In this document: one piece after another, positions 39,201-53,179 of the stretch
Layout: every line of letters starts with the position of its first letter
How positions within the stretch are numbered: position 1 is the first letter of the stretch
DNA from: the human T2T-CHM13v2.0 reference genome, Homo sapiens
Direction: 5' to 3' (one strand)
DNA length: 64,000 bases
NCBI RefSeq assembly: GCF_009914755.1
Contig: NC_060946.1
The notes under the pieces: generated by a model
Told to the model about the DNA's origin: nothing
Seen by the model: only the letters and a program-made list of their open reading frames with translations
Database searches by the model: none
Translations under genes and position numbers: made by a program

Positions 39201-42200
39201 TCTAGTGGTTATGGGAAGATATTTGCTTTTTCACCGTAGGCCTCAGAGCGCTCCAAATATCCACTTGCACATACTACAAAAAGAGTGCCTCAAAGCTGCT
39301 CTCTGAAATGGAATGTTCAACTCTATGAGTTGAATGCAAACATCACAAAGACGTTTCTGAGAATGCTTCTGTCTAGATTTGATATGAAGATATTCCCGTT
39401 TCCAACGAAATCTTCAAATCTATCCAAATGTCCACTTCTATAATCAACAAAAAGTGTTTTTCAGAACTGCTCTATCAAAAGAAAGATCCACCTCTGTTAG
39501 CTGAGTTCACACATCCAAACAAGTTTATGAGAATGCTTCTGTCTAGTTTTTATTTGAAGATATTTCCTTTCTCACCATAGACCTGAAAGCTGTCCTAATG
39601 TTCACTTCCAGATACTACAGAAAGAGTGTTTAAAAACTGCTGTACGAAAGGGAATGTTCAACTCTGTGACTTGAATGCACACATCACAAAGAAGTTTCTG
39701 AGGATGCTGCTGTCTACTTTTTATACGTAATCCCGTTTCCAACGAAATCCTCCAAGCTATCCAAATATCCACTTGCAGATTCCACAGAAAGACTGTTTCA
39801 AAACTGCTCTGTCAATAGAAAGGTTCAACTCTGTTAGCTGCGTGCATATATCCCAAAGAAGATTCTGAGATTGCTTCTGTCTAGTTTTTATGGGAAGATA
39901 TTTCCCTTTTCACCGTAGGTGTCAAGGCGCTCCAAATGTCCACTTCCAGATACTACAAAAAGAGTGTTTCAAACCTACTCTGTGAAAAGGAATATTCAAC
40001 TCTGTGACTTTAATGCACATATCACAAAGAAGTTTCTGAGAATGCTTCTGTCGAGATTTTATATGAAGATATTCCCGTTTCCAACGAAATCCTGAAATCT
40101 ATCCAAATATCCCCTCGCAGATTCTACAAAAAGAGTGTTTCAAAACTGCTCTGTAAAAAGAAAGGTTCAACTCTGTTAGTTGAGTACACACATCACAAAC
40201 AAGTTTCACAGAATGCTTCTTTCTAGCTTGTAGGGGAAGATATTCCCTTTATCACCATGGGCCTCCAACCGTCCGAAACGTCCACTTCCATATACTACAA
40301 AAAGAGCGTTTCAAACCTGCTCTAGGAAAGGCAATGTTCAACTCTGTGACTTGAATGCAGACATCACAGAGCAGTTTCTGAGAATGCTTCTGTCTAGATT
40401 TTATAGGAAGATATTCCCGTTTCCAACGAAATCTTCACAGCTATCCAAATATCCACTTGCAGATTCTACAAAAAGAGTGTATCAAAACTGCTCTGTCAAA
40501 AGGAAGGTTCTTCTCTGTTAGGTGAGTGCATACGTCATAAAGGAGTTTCTGAGAATGTTTCTGTCTAGTGGTTATGGGAAGATATTTGCTTTTTCACCGT
40601 AGGCCTCAGAGCGCTCCAAATATCCACTTGCACATACTACAAAAAGAGTGCCTCAGAGCTGCTCTCTGAAACGGAATGTTCAACTCTATGAGTTGAATGC
40701 AAACATCACAAAGACGTTTCTGAGAATGCTTCTGTCTAGATTTGATATGAAGATATTCCCGTTTCCAACGAAATCTTCAAATCTATCCAAATGTCCACTT
40801 GCAGATTCAACAAAAAGTGTTTTTCAGAACTGCTCTATCAAAAGAAAGATCCACCTCTGTTAGCTGAGTTCACACATCACAAACAAGTTTATGAGAATGC
40901 TTCTGTCTAGTTTTTATTTGAAGATATTTCCTTTCTCACCATAGACCTGAAAGCTGTCCTAATGTTCACTTCCAGATACTACAGAAAGAGTGTTTCAAAA
41001 CTGCTGTACGAAAGGGAATGTTCAACTCTGTGACTTGAATGCACACATCACAAAGAAGTTTCTGAGGATGCTGCTGTCTACTTTTTATACGTAATCCCGT
41101 TTCCAACGAAATCCTCCAAGCTATCCAAATATCCACTTGCAGATTCCACAGAAAGACTGTTTCAAAACTGCTCTGTCAATAGAAAGGTTCAACTCTGTTA
41201 GCTGCGTGCATATATCCCGAAGAAGATTCTGAGATTCCTTCTGTCTAGTTTTTATGGGAAGATATTTCCCTTTTCACCGTAGGCGTCAAGGCGCTCCAAA
41301 TGTCCACTTCCAGATACTACAAAAAGAGTGTTTCAAACCTACTCTGTGAAAGGGAATATTCAACTCTGTGACTTGAATGCACATATCACAAAGAAGTTTC
41401 TGAGAATGCTTCTGTCGAGATTTTATATGAAGATATTCCCGTTTCCAACGAAATCCTGAAATCTATCCAAATATCCCCTCGCAGATTCTACAAAAAGAGT
41501 GTTTCAAAACTGTTCTGTAAAAAGAAAGGTTCAACTCTGTTAGTTGAGTACACACATCACAAACAAGTATCACAGAATGCTTCTTTCTAGCTTGTAGGGG
41601 AAGATATTCCCTTTATCACCATGGGCCTCAAACCGTCCGAAACGTCCACTTCCATATACTTCAAAAAGAGCGTTTCAAACCTGCTCTATGAAAGGCAATG
41701 TTCAACTCTGTGACTTGAATGCAGACATCACAGAGCTGTTTATGAGAATGCTTCTGTCTAGATTTTATAGGATGATATTCCCGTTTCCAACGAAATCTTC
41801 ACAGCTATCCAAATATCCACTTGCAGATTCTACAAAAAGAGTGTATCCAAACTGCTCTGGCAAAAGGAAGGTTCTTCTCTGTTAAGTGAGTGCATACGTC
41901 ATAAAGGAGTTTCTGAGAATGTTTCTGTCTAGTGGTTATGGGAAGATATTTGCTTTTTCACCGTAGGCCTCAGAGCGCTCCAAATATCCACTTGCACATA
42001 CTACAAAAAGAGTGCCTCAAAGCTGCTCTCTGAAATGGAATGTTCAACTCTATGAGTTGAATGCAAACATCACAAAGACGTTTCTGAGAATGCTTCTGTC
42101 TAGATTTGATATGAAGATATTCCCGTTTCCAACGAAATCTTCAAATCTATCCAAATGTCCACTTCTATAATCAACAAAAAGTGTTTTTCAGAACTGCTCT

Positions 42201-45200
42201 ATCAAAAGAAAGATCCACCTCTGTTAGCTGAGTTCACACATCCAAACAAGTTTATGAGAATGCTTCTGTCTAGTTTTTATTTGAAGATATTTCCTTTCTC
42301 ACCATAGACCTGAAAGCTGTCCTAATGTTCACTTCCAGATACTACAGAAAGAGTGTTTAAAAACTGCTGTACGAAAGGGAATGTTCAACTCTGTGACTTG
42401 AATGCACACATCACAAAGAAGTTTCTGAGGATGCTGCTGTCTACTTTTTATACGTAATCCCGTTTCCAACGAAATCCTCCAAGCTATCCAAATATCCACT
42501 TGCAGATTCCACAGAAAGACTGTTTCAAAACTGCTCTGTCAATAGAAAGGTTCAACTCTGTTAGCTGCGTGCATATATCCCAAAGAAGATTCTGAGATTG
42601 CTTCTGTCTAGTTTTTATGGGAAGATATTTCCCTTTTCACCGTAGGTGTCAAGGCGCTCCAAATGTCCACTTCCAGATACTACAAAAAGAGTGTTTCAAA
42701 CCTACTCTGTGAAAAGGAATATTCAACTCTGTGACTTTAATGCACATATCACAAAGAAGTTTCTGAGAATGCTTCTGTCGAGATTTTATATGAAGATATT
42801 CCCGTTTCCAACGAAATCCTGAAATCTATCCAAATATCCCCTCGCAGATTCTACAAAAAGAGTGTTTCAAAACTGCTCTGTAAAAAGAAAGGTTCAACTC
42901 TGTTAGTTGAGTACACACATCACAAACAAGTTTCACAGAATGCTTCTTTCTAGCTTGTAGGGGAAGATATTCCCTTTATCACCATGGGCCTCCAACCGTC
43001 CGAAACGTCCACTTCCATATACTACAAAAAGAGCGTTTCAAACCTGCTCTATGAAAGGCAATGTTCAACTCTGTGACTTGAATGCAGACATCACAGAGCA
43101 GTTTCTGAGAATGCTTCTGTCTAGATTTTATAGGAAGATATTCCCGTTTCCAACGAAATCTTCACAGCTATCCAAATATCCACTTGCAGATTCTACAAAA
43201 AGAGTGTATCAAAACTGCTCTGTCAAAAGGAAGGTTCTTCTCTGTTAGGTGAGTGCATACGTCATAAAGGAGTTTCTGAGAATGTTTCTGTCTAGTGGTT
43301 ATGGGAAGATATTTGCTTTTTCACCGTAGGCCTCAGAGCGCTCCAAATATCCACTTGCACATACTACAAAAAGAGTGCCTCAGAGCTGCTCTCTGAAACG
43401 GAATGTTCAACTCTATGAGTTGAATGCAAACATCACAAAGACGTTTCTGAGAATGCTTCTGTCTAGATTTGATATGAAGATATTCCCGTTTCCAACGAAA
43501 TCTTCAAATCTATCCAAATGTCCACTTGCAGATTCAACAAAAAGTGTTTTTCAGAACTGCTCTATCAAAAGAAAGATCCACCTCTGTTAGCTGAGTTCAC
43601 ACATCACAAACAAGTTTATGAGAATGCTTCTGTCTAGTTTTTATTTGAAGATATTTCCTTTCTCACCATAGACCTGAAAGCTGTCCTAATGTTCACTTCC
43701 AGATACTACAGAAAGAGTGTTTCAAAACTGCTGTACGAAAGGGAATGTTCAACTCTGTGACTTGAATGCACACATCACAAAGAAGTTTCTGAGGATGCTG
43801 CTGTCTACTTTTTATACGTAATCCCGTTTCCAACGAAATCCTCCAAGCTATCCAAATATCCACTTGCAGATTCCACAGAAAGACTGTTTCAAAACTGCTC
43901 TGTCAATAGAAAGGTTCAACTCTGTTAGCTGCGTGCATATATCCCGAAGAAGATTCTGAGATTCCTTCTGTCTAGTTTTTATGGGAAGATATTTCCCTTT
44001 TCACCGTAGGCGTCAAGGCGCTCCAAATGTCCACTTCCAGATACTACAAAAAGAGTGTTTCAAACCTACTCTGTGAAAGGGAATATTCAACTCTGTGACT
44101 TGAATGCACATATCACAAAGAAGTTTCTGAGAATGCTTCTGTCGAGATTTTATATGAAGATATTCCCGTTTCCAACGAAATCCTGAAATCTATCCAAATA
44201 TCCCCTCGCAGATTCTACAAAAAGAGTGTTTCAAAACTGTTCTGTAAAAAGAAAGGTTCAACTCTGTTAGTTGAGTACACACATCACAAACAAGTATCAC
44301 AGAATGCTTCTTTCTAGCTTGTAGGGGAAGATATTCCCTTTATCACCATGGGCCTCAAACCGTCCGAAACGTCCACTTCCATATACTTCAAAAAGAGCGT
44401 TTCAAACCTGCTCTATGAAAGGCAATGTTCAACTCTGTGACTTGAATGCAGACATCACAGAGCTGTTTATGAGAATGCTTCTGTCTAGATTTTATAGGAT
44501 GATATTCCCGTTTCCAACGAAATCTTCACAGCTATCCAAATATCCACTTGCAGATTCTACAAAAAGAGTGTATCCAAACTGCTCTGGCAAAAGGAAGGTT
44601 CTTCTCTGTTAAGTGAGTGCATACGTCATAAAGGAGTTTCTGAGAATGTTTCTGTCTAGTGGTTATGGGAAGATATTTGCTTTTTCACCGTAGGCCTCAG
44701 AGCGCTCCAAATATCCACTTGCACATACTACAAAAAGAGTGCCTCAAAGCTGCTCTCTGAAATGGAATGTTCAACTCTATGAGTTGAATGCAAACATCAC
44801 AAAGACGTTTCTGAGAATGCTTCTGTCTAGATTTGATATGAAGATATTCCCGTTTCCAACGAAATCTTCAAATCTATCCAAATGTCCACTTCTATAATCA
44901 ACAAAAAGTGTTTTTCAGAACTGCTCTATCAAAAGAAAGATCCACCTCTGTTAGCTGAGTTCACACATCCAAACAAGTTTATGAGAATGCTTCTGTCTAG
45001 TTTTTATTTGAAGATATTTCCTTTCTCACCATAGACCTGAAAGCTGTCCTAATATTCACTTCCAGATACTACAGAAAGAGTGTTTCAAAACTGCTGTACG
45101 AAAGGGAATGTTCAACTCTGTGACTTGAATGCACACATCACAAAGAAGTTTCTGAGGATGCTGCTGTCTACTTTTTATACGTAATCCCGTTTCCAACGAA

Positions 45201-48200
45201 ATCCTCCAAGCTATCCAAATATCCACTTGCAGATTCCACAGAAAGACTGTTTCAAAACTGCTCTGTCAATAGAAAGGTTCAACTCTGTTAGCTGCGTGCA
45301 TATATCCCAAAGAAGATTCTGAGATTGCTTCTGTCTAGTTTTTATGGGAAGATATTTCCCTTTTCACCGTAGGTGTCAAGGCGCTCCAAATGTCCACTTC
45401 CAGATACTACAAAAAGAGTGTTTCAAACCTACTCTGTGAAAAGGAATATTCAACTCTGTGACTTTAATGCACATATCACAAAGAAGTTTCTGATAATGCT
45501 TCTGTCGAGATTTTATATGAAGATATTCCCGTTTCCAACGAAATCCTGAAATCTATCCAAATATCCCCTCGCAGATTCTACAAAAAGAGTGTTTCAAAAC
45601 TGCTCTGTAAAAAGAAAGGTTCAACTCTGTTAGTTGAGTACACACATCACAAACAAGTTTCACAGAATGCTTCTTTCTAGCTTGTAGGGGAAGATATTCC
45701 CTTTATCACCATGGGCCTCCAACCGTCCGAAACGTCCACTTCCATATACTACAAAAAGAGCGTTTCAAACCTGCTCTATGAAAGGCAATGTTCAACTCTG
45801 TGACTTGAATGCAGACATCACAGAGCAGTTTCTGAGAATGCTTCTGTCTAGATTTTATAGGAAGATATTCCCGTTTCCAACGAAATCTTCACAGCTATCC
45901 AAATATCCACTTGCAGATTCTACAAAAAGAGTGTATCAAAACTGCTCTGTCAAAAGGAAGGTTCTTCTCTGTTAGGTGAGTGCATACGTCATAAAGGAGT
46001 TTCTGAGAATGTTTCTGTCTAGTGGTTATGGGAAGATATTTGCTTTTTCACCGTAGGCCTCAGAGCGCTCCAAATATCCACTTGCACATACTACAAAAAG
46101 AGTGCCTCAGAGCTGCTCTCTGAAACGGAATGTTCAACTCTATGAGTTGAATGCAAACATCACAAAGACGTTTCTGAGAATGCTTCTGTCTAGATTTGAT
46201 ATGAAGATATTCCCGTTTCCAACGAAATCTTCAAATCTATCCAAATGTCCACTTGCAGATTCAACAAAAAGTGTTTTTCAGAACTGCTCTATCAAAAGAA
46301 AGATCCACCTCTGTTAGCTGAGTTCACACATCACAAACAAGTTTATGAGAATGCTTCTGTCTAGTTTTTATTTGAAGATATTTCCTTTCTCACCATAGAC
46401 CTGAAAGCTGTCCTAATGTTCACTTCCAGATACTACAGAAAGAGTGTTTCAAAACTGCTGTACGAAAGGGAATGTTCAACTCTGTGACTTGAATGCACAC
46501 ATCACAAAGAAGTTTCTGAGGATGCTGCTGTCTACTTTTTATACGTAATCCCGTTTCCAACGAAATCCTCCAAGCTATCCAAATATCCACTTGCAGATTC
46601 CACAGAAAGACTGTTTCAAAACTGCTCTGTCAACAGAAAGGTTCAACTCTGTTAGCTGCGTGCATATATCCCGAAGAAGATTCTGAGATTGCTTCTGTCT
46701 AGTTTTTATGGGAAGATATTTCCCTTTTCACCGTAGGCGTCAAGGCGCTCCAAATGTCCACTTCCAGATACTACAAAAAGAGTGTTTCAAACCTACTCTG
46801 TGAAAGGGAATATTCAACTCTGTGACTTGAATGCACATATCACAAAGAAGTTTCTGAGAATGCTTCTGTCGAGATTTTATATGAAGATATTCCCGTTTCC
46901 AACGAAATCCTGAAATCTATCCAAATATCCCCTCGCAGATTCTACAAAAAGAGTGTTTCAAAACTGTTCTGTAAAAAGAAAGGTTCAACTCTGTTAGTTG
47001 AGTACACACATCACAAACAAGTATCACAGAATGCTTCTTTCTAGCTTGTAGGGGAAGATATTCCCTTTATCACCATGGGCCTCAAACCGTCCGAAACGTC
47101 CACTTCCATATACTTCAAAAAGAGCGTTTCAAACCTGCTCTATGAAAGGCAATGTTCAACTCTGTGACTTGAATGCAGACATCACAGAGCTGTTTATGAG
47201 AATGCTTCTGTCTAGATTTTATAGGATGATATTCCCGTTTCCAACGAAATCTTCACAGCTATCCAAATATCCACTTGCAGATTCTACAAAAAGAGTGTAT
47301 CCAAACTGCTCTGGCAAAAGGAAGGTTCTTCTCTGTTAAGTGAGTGCATACGTCATAAAGGAGTTTCTGAGAATGTTTCTGTCTAGTGGTTATGGGAAGA
47401 TATTTGCTTTTTCACCGTAGGCCTCAGAGCGCTCCAAATATCCACTTGCACATACTACAAAAAGAGTGCCTCAAAGCTGCTCTCTGAAATGGAATGTTCA
47501 ACTCTATGAGTTGAATGCAAACATCACAAAGACGTTTCTGAGAATGCTTCTGTCTAGATTTGATATGAAGATATTCCCGTTTCCAACGAAATCTTCAAAT
47601 CTATCCAAATGTCCACTTCTATAATCAACAAAAAGTGTTTTTCAGAACTGCTCTATCAAAAGAAAGATCCACCTCTGTTAGCTGAGTTCACACATCCAAA
47701 CAAGTTTATGAGAATGCTTCTGTCTAGTTTTTATTTGAAGATATTTCCTTTCTCACCATAGACCTGAAAGCTGTCCTAATGTTCACTTCCAGATACTACA
47801 GAAAGAGTGTTTCAAAACTGCTGTACGAAAGGGAATGTTCAACTCTGTGACTTGAATGCACACATCACAAAGAAGTTTCTGAGGATGCTGCTGTCTACTT
47901 TTTATACGTAATCCCGTTTCCAACGAAATCCTCCAAGCTATCCAAATATCCACTTGCAGATTCCACAGAAAGACTGTTTCAAAACTGCTCTGTCAATAGA
48001 AAGGTTCAACTCTGTTAGCTGCGTGCATATATCCCAAAGAAGATTCTGAGATTGCTTCTGTCTAGTTTTTATGGGAAGATATTTCCCTTTTCACCGTAGG
48101 TGTCAAGGCGCTCCAAATGTCCACTTCCAGATACTACAAAAAGAGTGTTTCAAACCTACTCTGTGAAAAGGAATATTCAACTCTGTGACTTTAATGCACA

Positions 48201-51200
48201 TATCACAAAGAAGTTTCTGAGAATGCTTCTGTCGAGATTTTATATGAAGATATTCCCGTTTCCAACGAAATCCTGAAATCTATCCAAATATCCCCTCGCA
48301 GATTCTACAAAAAGAGTGTTTCAAAACTGTTCTGTAAAAAGAAAGGTTCAACTCTGTTAGTTGAGTACACACATCACAAACAAGTTTCACAGAATGCTTC
48401 TTTCTAGCTTGTAGGGGAAGATATTCCCTTTATCACCATGGGCCTCCAACCGTCCGAAACGTCCACTTCCATATACTACAAAAAGAGCGTTTCAAACCTG
48501 CTCTATGAAAGGCAATGTTCAACTCTGTGACTTGAATGCAGACATCACAGAGCAGTTTCTGAGAATGCTTCTGTCTAGATTTTATAGGAAGATATTCCCG
48601 TTTCCAACGAAATCTTCACAGCTATCCAAATATCCACTTGCAGATTCTACAAAAAGAGTGTATCAAAACTGCTCTGTCAAAAGGAAGGTTCTTCTCTGTT
48701 AGGTGAGTGCATACGTCATAAAGGAGTTTCTGAGAATGTTTCTGTCTAGTGGTTATGGGAAGATATTTGCTTTTTCACCGTAGGCCTCAGAGCGCTCCAA
48801 ATATCCACTTGCACATACTACAAAAAGAGTGCCTCAGAGCTGCTCTCTGAAACGGAATGTTCAACTCTATGAGTTGAATGCAAACATCACAAAGACGTTT
48901 CTGAGAATGCTTCTGTCTAGATTTGATATGAAGATATTCCCGTTTCCAACGAAATCTTCAAATCTATCCAAATGTCCACTTGCAGATTCAACAAAAAGTG
49001 TTTTTCAGAACTGCTCTATCAAAAGAAAGATCCACCTCTGTTAGCTGAGTTCACACATCACAAACAAGTTTATGAGAATGCTTCTGTCTAGTTTTTATTT
49101 GAAGATATTTCCTTTCTCACCATAGACCTGAAAGCTGTCCTAATGTTCACTTCCAGATACTACAGAAAGAGTGTTTCAAAACTGCTGTACGAAAGGGAAT
49201 GTTCAACTCTGTGACTTGAATGCACACATCACAAAGAAGTTTCTGAGGATGCTGCTGTCTACTTTTTATACGTAATCCCGTTTCCAACGAAATCCTCCAA
49301 GCTATCCAAATATCCACTTGCAGATTCCACAGAAAGACTGTTTCAAAACTGCTCTGTCAATAGAAAGGTTCAACTCTGTTAGCTGCGTGCATATATCCCG
49401 AAGAAGATTCTGAGATTCCTTCTGTCTAGTTTTTATGGGAAGATATTTCCCTTTTCACCGTAGGCGTCAAGGCGCTCCAAATGTCCACTTCCAGATACTA
49501 CAAAAAGAGTGTTTCAAACCTACTCTGTGAAAGGGAATATTCAACTCTGTGACTTGAATGCACATATCACAAAGAAGTTTCTGAGAATGCTTCTGTCGAG
49601 ATTTTATATGAAGATATTCCCGTTTCCAACGAAATCCTGAAATCTATCCAAATATCCCCTCGCAGATTCTACAAAAAGAGTGTTTCAAAACTGTTCTGTA
49701 AAAAGAAAGGTTCAACTCTGTTAGTTGAGTACACACATCACAAACAAGTATCACAGAATGCTTCTTTCTAGCTTGTAGGGGAAGATATTCCCTTTATCAC
49801 CATGGGCCTCAAACCGTCCGAAACGTCCACTTCCATATACTTCAAAAAGAGCGTTTCAAACCTGCTCTATGAAAGGCAATGTTCAACTCTGTGACTTGAA
49901 TGCAGACATCACAGAGCTGTTTATGAGAATGCTTCTGTCTAGATTTTATAGGATGATATTCCCGTTTCCAACGAAATCTTCACAGCTATCCAAATATCCA
50001 CTTGCAGATTCTACAAAAAGAGTGTATCCAAACTGCTCTGGCAAAAGGAAGGTTCTTCTCTGTTAAGTGAGTGCATACGTCATAAAGGAGTTTCTGAGAA
50101 TGTTTCTGTCTAGTGGTTATGGGAAGATATTTGCTTTTTCACCGTAGGCCTCAGAGCGCTCCAAATATCCACTTGCACATACTACAAAAAGAGTGCCTCA
50201 AAGCTGCTCTCTGAAATGGAATGTTCAACTCTATGAGTTGAATGCAAACATCACAAAGACGTTTCTGAGAATGCTTCTGTCTAGATTTGATATGAAGATA
50301 TTCCCGTTTCCAACGAAATCTTCAAATCTATCCAAATGTCCACTTCTATAATCAACAAAAAGTGTTTTTCAGAACTGCTCTATCAAAAGAAAGATCCACC
50401 TCTGTTAGCTGAGTTCACACATCCAAACAAGTTTATGAGAATGCTTCTGTCTAGTTTTTATTTGAAGATATTTCCTTTCTCACCATAGACCTGAAAGCTG
50501 TCCTAATGTTCACTTCCAGATACTACAGAAAGAGTGTTTAAAAACTGCTGTACGAAAGGGAATGTTCAACTCTGTGACTTGAATGCACACATCACAAAGA
50601 AGTTTCTGAGGATGCTGCTGTCTACTTTTTATACGTAATCCCGTTTCCAACGAAATCCTCCAAGCTATCCAAATATCCACTTGCAGATTCCACAGAAAGA
50701 CTGTTTCAAAACTGCTCTGTCAATAGAAAGGTTCAACTCTGTTAGCTGCGTGCATATATCCCAAAGAAGATTCTGAGATTGCTTCTGTCTAGTTTTTATG
50801 GGAAGATATTTCCCTTTTCACCGTAGGTGTCAAGGCGCTCCAAATGTCCACTTCCAGATACTACAAAAAGAGTGTTTCAAACCTACTCTGTGAAAAGGAA
50901 TATTCAACTCTGTGACTTTAATGCACATATCACAAAGAAGTTTCTGAGAATGCTTCTGTCGAGATTTTATATGAAGATATTCCCGTTTCCAACGAAATCC
51001 TGAAATCTATCCAAATATCCCCTCGCAGATTCTACAAAAAGAGTGTTTCAAAACTGCTCTGTAAAAAGAAAGGTTCAACTCTGTTAGTTGAGTACACACA
51101 TCACAAACAAGTTTCACAGAATGCTTCTTTCTAGCTTGTAGGGGAAGATATTCCCTTTATCACCATGGGCCTCCAACCGTCCGAAACGTCCACTTCCATA

Positions 51201-51815
51201 TACTACAAAAAGAGCGTTTCAAACCTGCTCTAGGAAAGGCAATGTTCAACTCTGTGACTTGAATGCAGACATCACAGAGCAGTTTCTGAGAATGCTTCTG
51301 TCTAGATTTTATAGGAAGATATTCCCGTTTCCAACGAAATCTTCACAGCTATCCAAATATCCACTTGCAGATTCTACAAAAAGAGTGTATCAAAACTGCT
51401 CTGTCAAAAGGAAGGTTCTTCTCTGTTAGGTGAGTGCATACGTCATAAAGGAGTTTCTGAGAATGTTTCTGTCTAGTGGTTATGGGAAGATATTTGCTTT
51501 TTCACCGTAGGCCTCAGAGCGCTCCAAATATCCACTTGCACATACTACAAAAAGAGTGCCTCAGAGCTGCTCTCTGAAACGGAATGTTCAACTCTATGAG
51601 TTGAATGCAAACATCACAAAGACGTTTCTGAGAATGCTTCTGTCTAGATTTGATATGAAGATATTCCCGTTTCCAACGAAATCTTCAAATCTATCCAAAT
51701 GTCCACTTGCAGATTCAACAAAAAGTGTTTTTCAGAACTGCTCTATCAAAAGAAAGATCCACCTCTGTTAGCTGAGTTCACACATCACAAACAAGTTTAT
51801 GAGAATGCTTCTGTC
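27273..51815 (-). repeat. A/B dimer block 2 (2727-bp period, nine dimers)
   Basis: A copies start at 27273, 30000, 32727, 35454, 38181, 40908, 43635, 46362 and 49089, each followed by a B copy. Confidence 0.92.
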
Positions 51816-53179
51816 TAGTTTTTATTTGAAGATATTTCCTTTCTCACCATAGACCTGAAAGCTGTCCTAATGTTCACTTCCAGATACTACAGAAAGAGTG
51901 TTTCAAAACTGCTGTACGAAAGGGAATGTTCAACTCTGTGACTTGAATGCACACATCACAAAGAAGTTTCTGAGGATGCTGCTGTCTACTTTTTATACGT
52001 AATCCCGTTTCCAACGAAATCCTCCAAGCTATCCAAATATCCACTTGCAGATTCCACAGAAAGACTGTTTCAAAACTGCTCTGTCAATAGAAAGGTTCAA
52101 CTCTGTTAGCTGCGTGCATATATCCCAAAGAAGATTCTGAGATTGCTTCTGTCTAGTTTTTATGGGAAGATATTTCCCTTTTCACCGTAGGCGTCAAGGC
52201 GCTCCAAATGTCCACTTCCAGATACTACAAAAAGAGTGTTTCAAACCTACTCTGTGAAAGGGAATATTCAACTCTGTGACTTGAATGCACATATCACAAA
52301 GAAGTTTCTGAGAATGCTTCTGTCGAGATTTTATATGAAGATATTCCCGTTTCCAACGAAATCCTGAAATCTATCCAAATATCCCCTCGCAGATTCTACA
52401 AAAAGAGTGTTTCAAAACTGCTCTGTAAAAAGAAAGGTTCAACTCTGTTAGTTGAGTACACACATCACAAACAAGTTTCACAGAATGCTTCTTTCTAGCT
52501 TGTAGGGGAAGATATTCCCTTTATCACCATGGGCCTCCAAACGTCCGAAACGTCCACTTCCATATACTACAAAAAGAGCGTTTCAAACCTGCTCTAGGAA
52601 AGGCAATGTTCAACTCTGTGACTTGAATGCAGACATCACAGAGCAGTTTCTGAGAATGCTTCTGTCTAGATTTTATAGGAAGATATTCCCGTTTCCAACG
52701 AAATCTTCACAGCTATCCAAATATCCACTTGCAGATTCTACAAAAAGAGTGTATCAAAACTGCTCTGTCAAAAGGAAGGTTCTTCTCTGTTAGGTGAGTG
52801 CATACGTCATAAAGGAGTTTCTGAGAATGTTTCTGTCTAGTGGTTATGGGAAGATATTTGCTTTTTCACCGTAGGCCTCAGAGCGCTCCAAATATCCACT
52901 TGCACATACTACAAAAAGAGTGCCTCAGAGCTGCTCTCTGAAACGGAATGTTCAACTCTATGAGTTGAATGCAAACATCACAAAGACGTTTCTGAGAATG
53001 CTTCTGTCTAGATTTGATATGAAGATATTCCCGTTTCCAACGAAATCTTCAAATCTATCCAAATGTCCACTTGCAGATTCAACAAAAAGTGTTTTTCAGA
53101 ACTGCTCTATCAAAAGAAAGATCCACCTCTGTTAGCTGAGTTCACACATCACAAACAAGTTTATGAGAATGCTTCTGTC

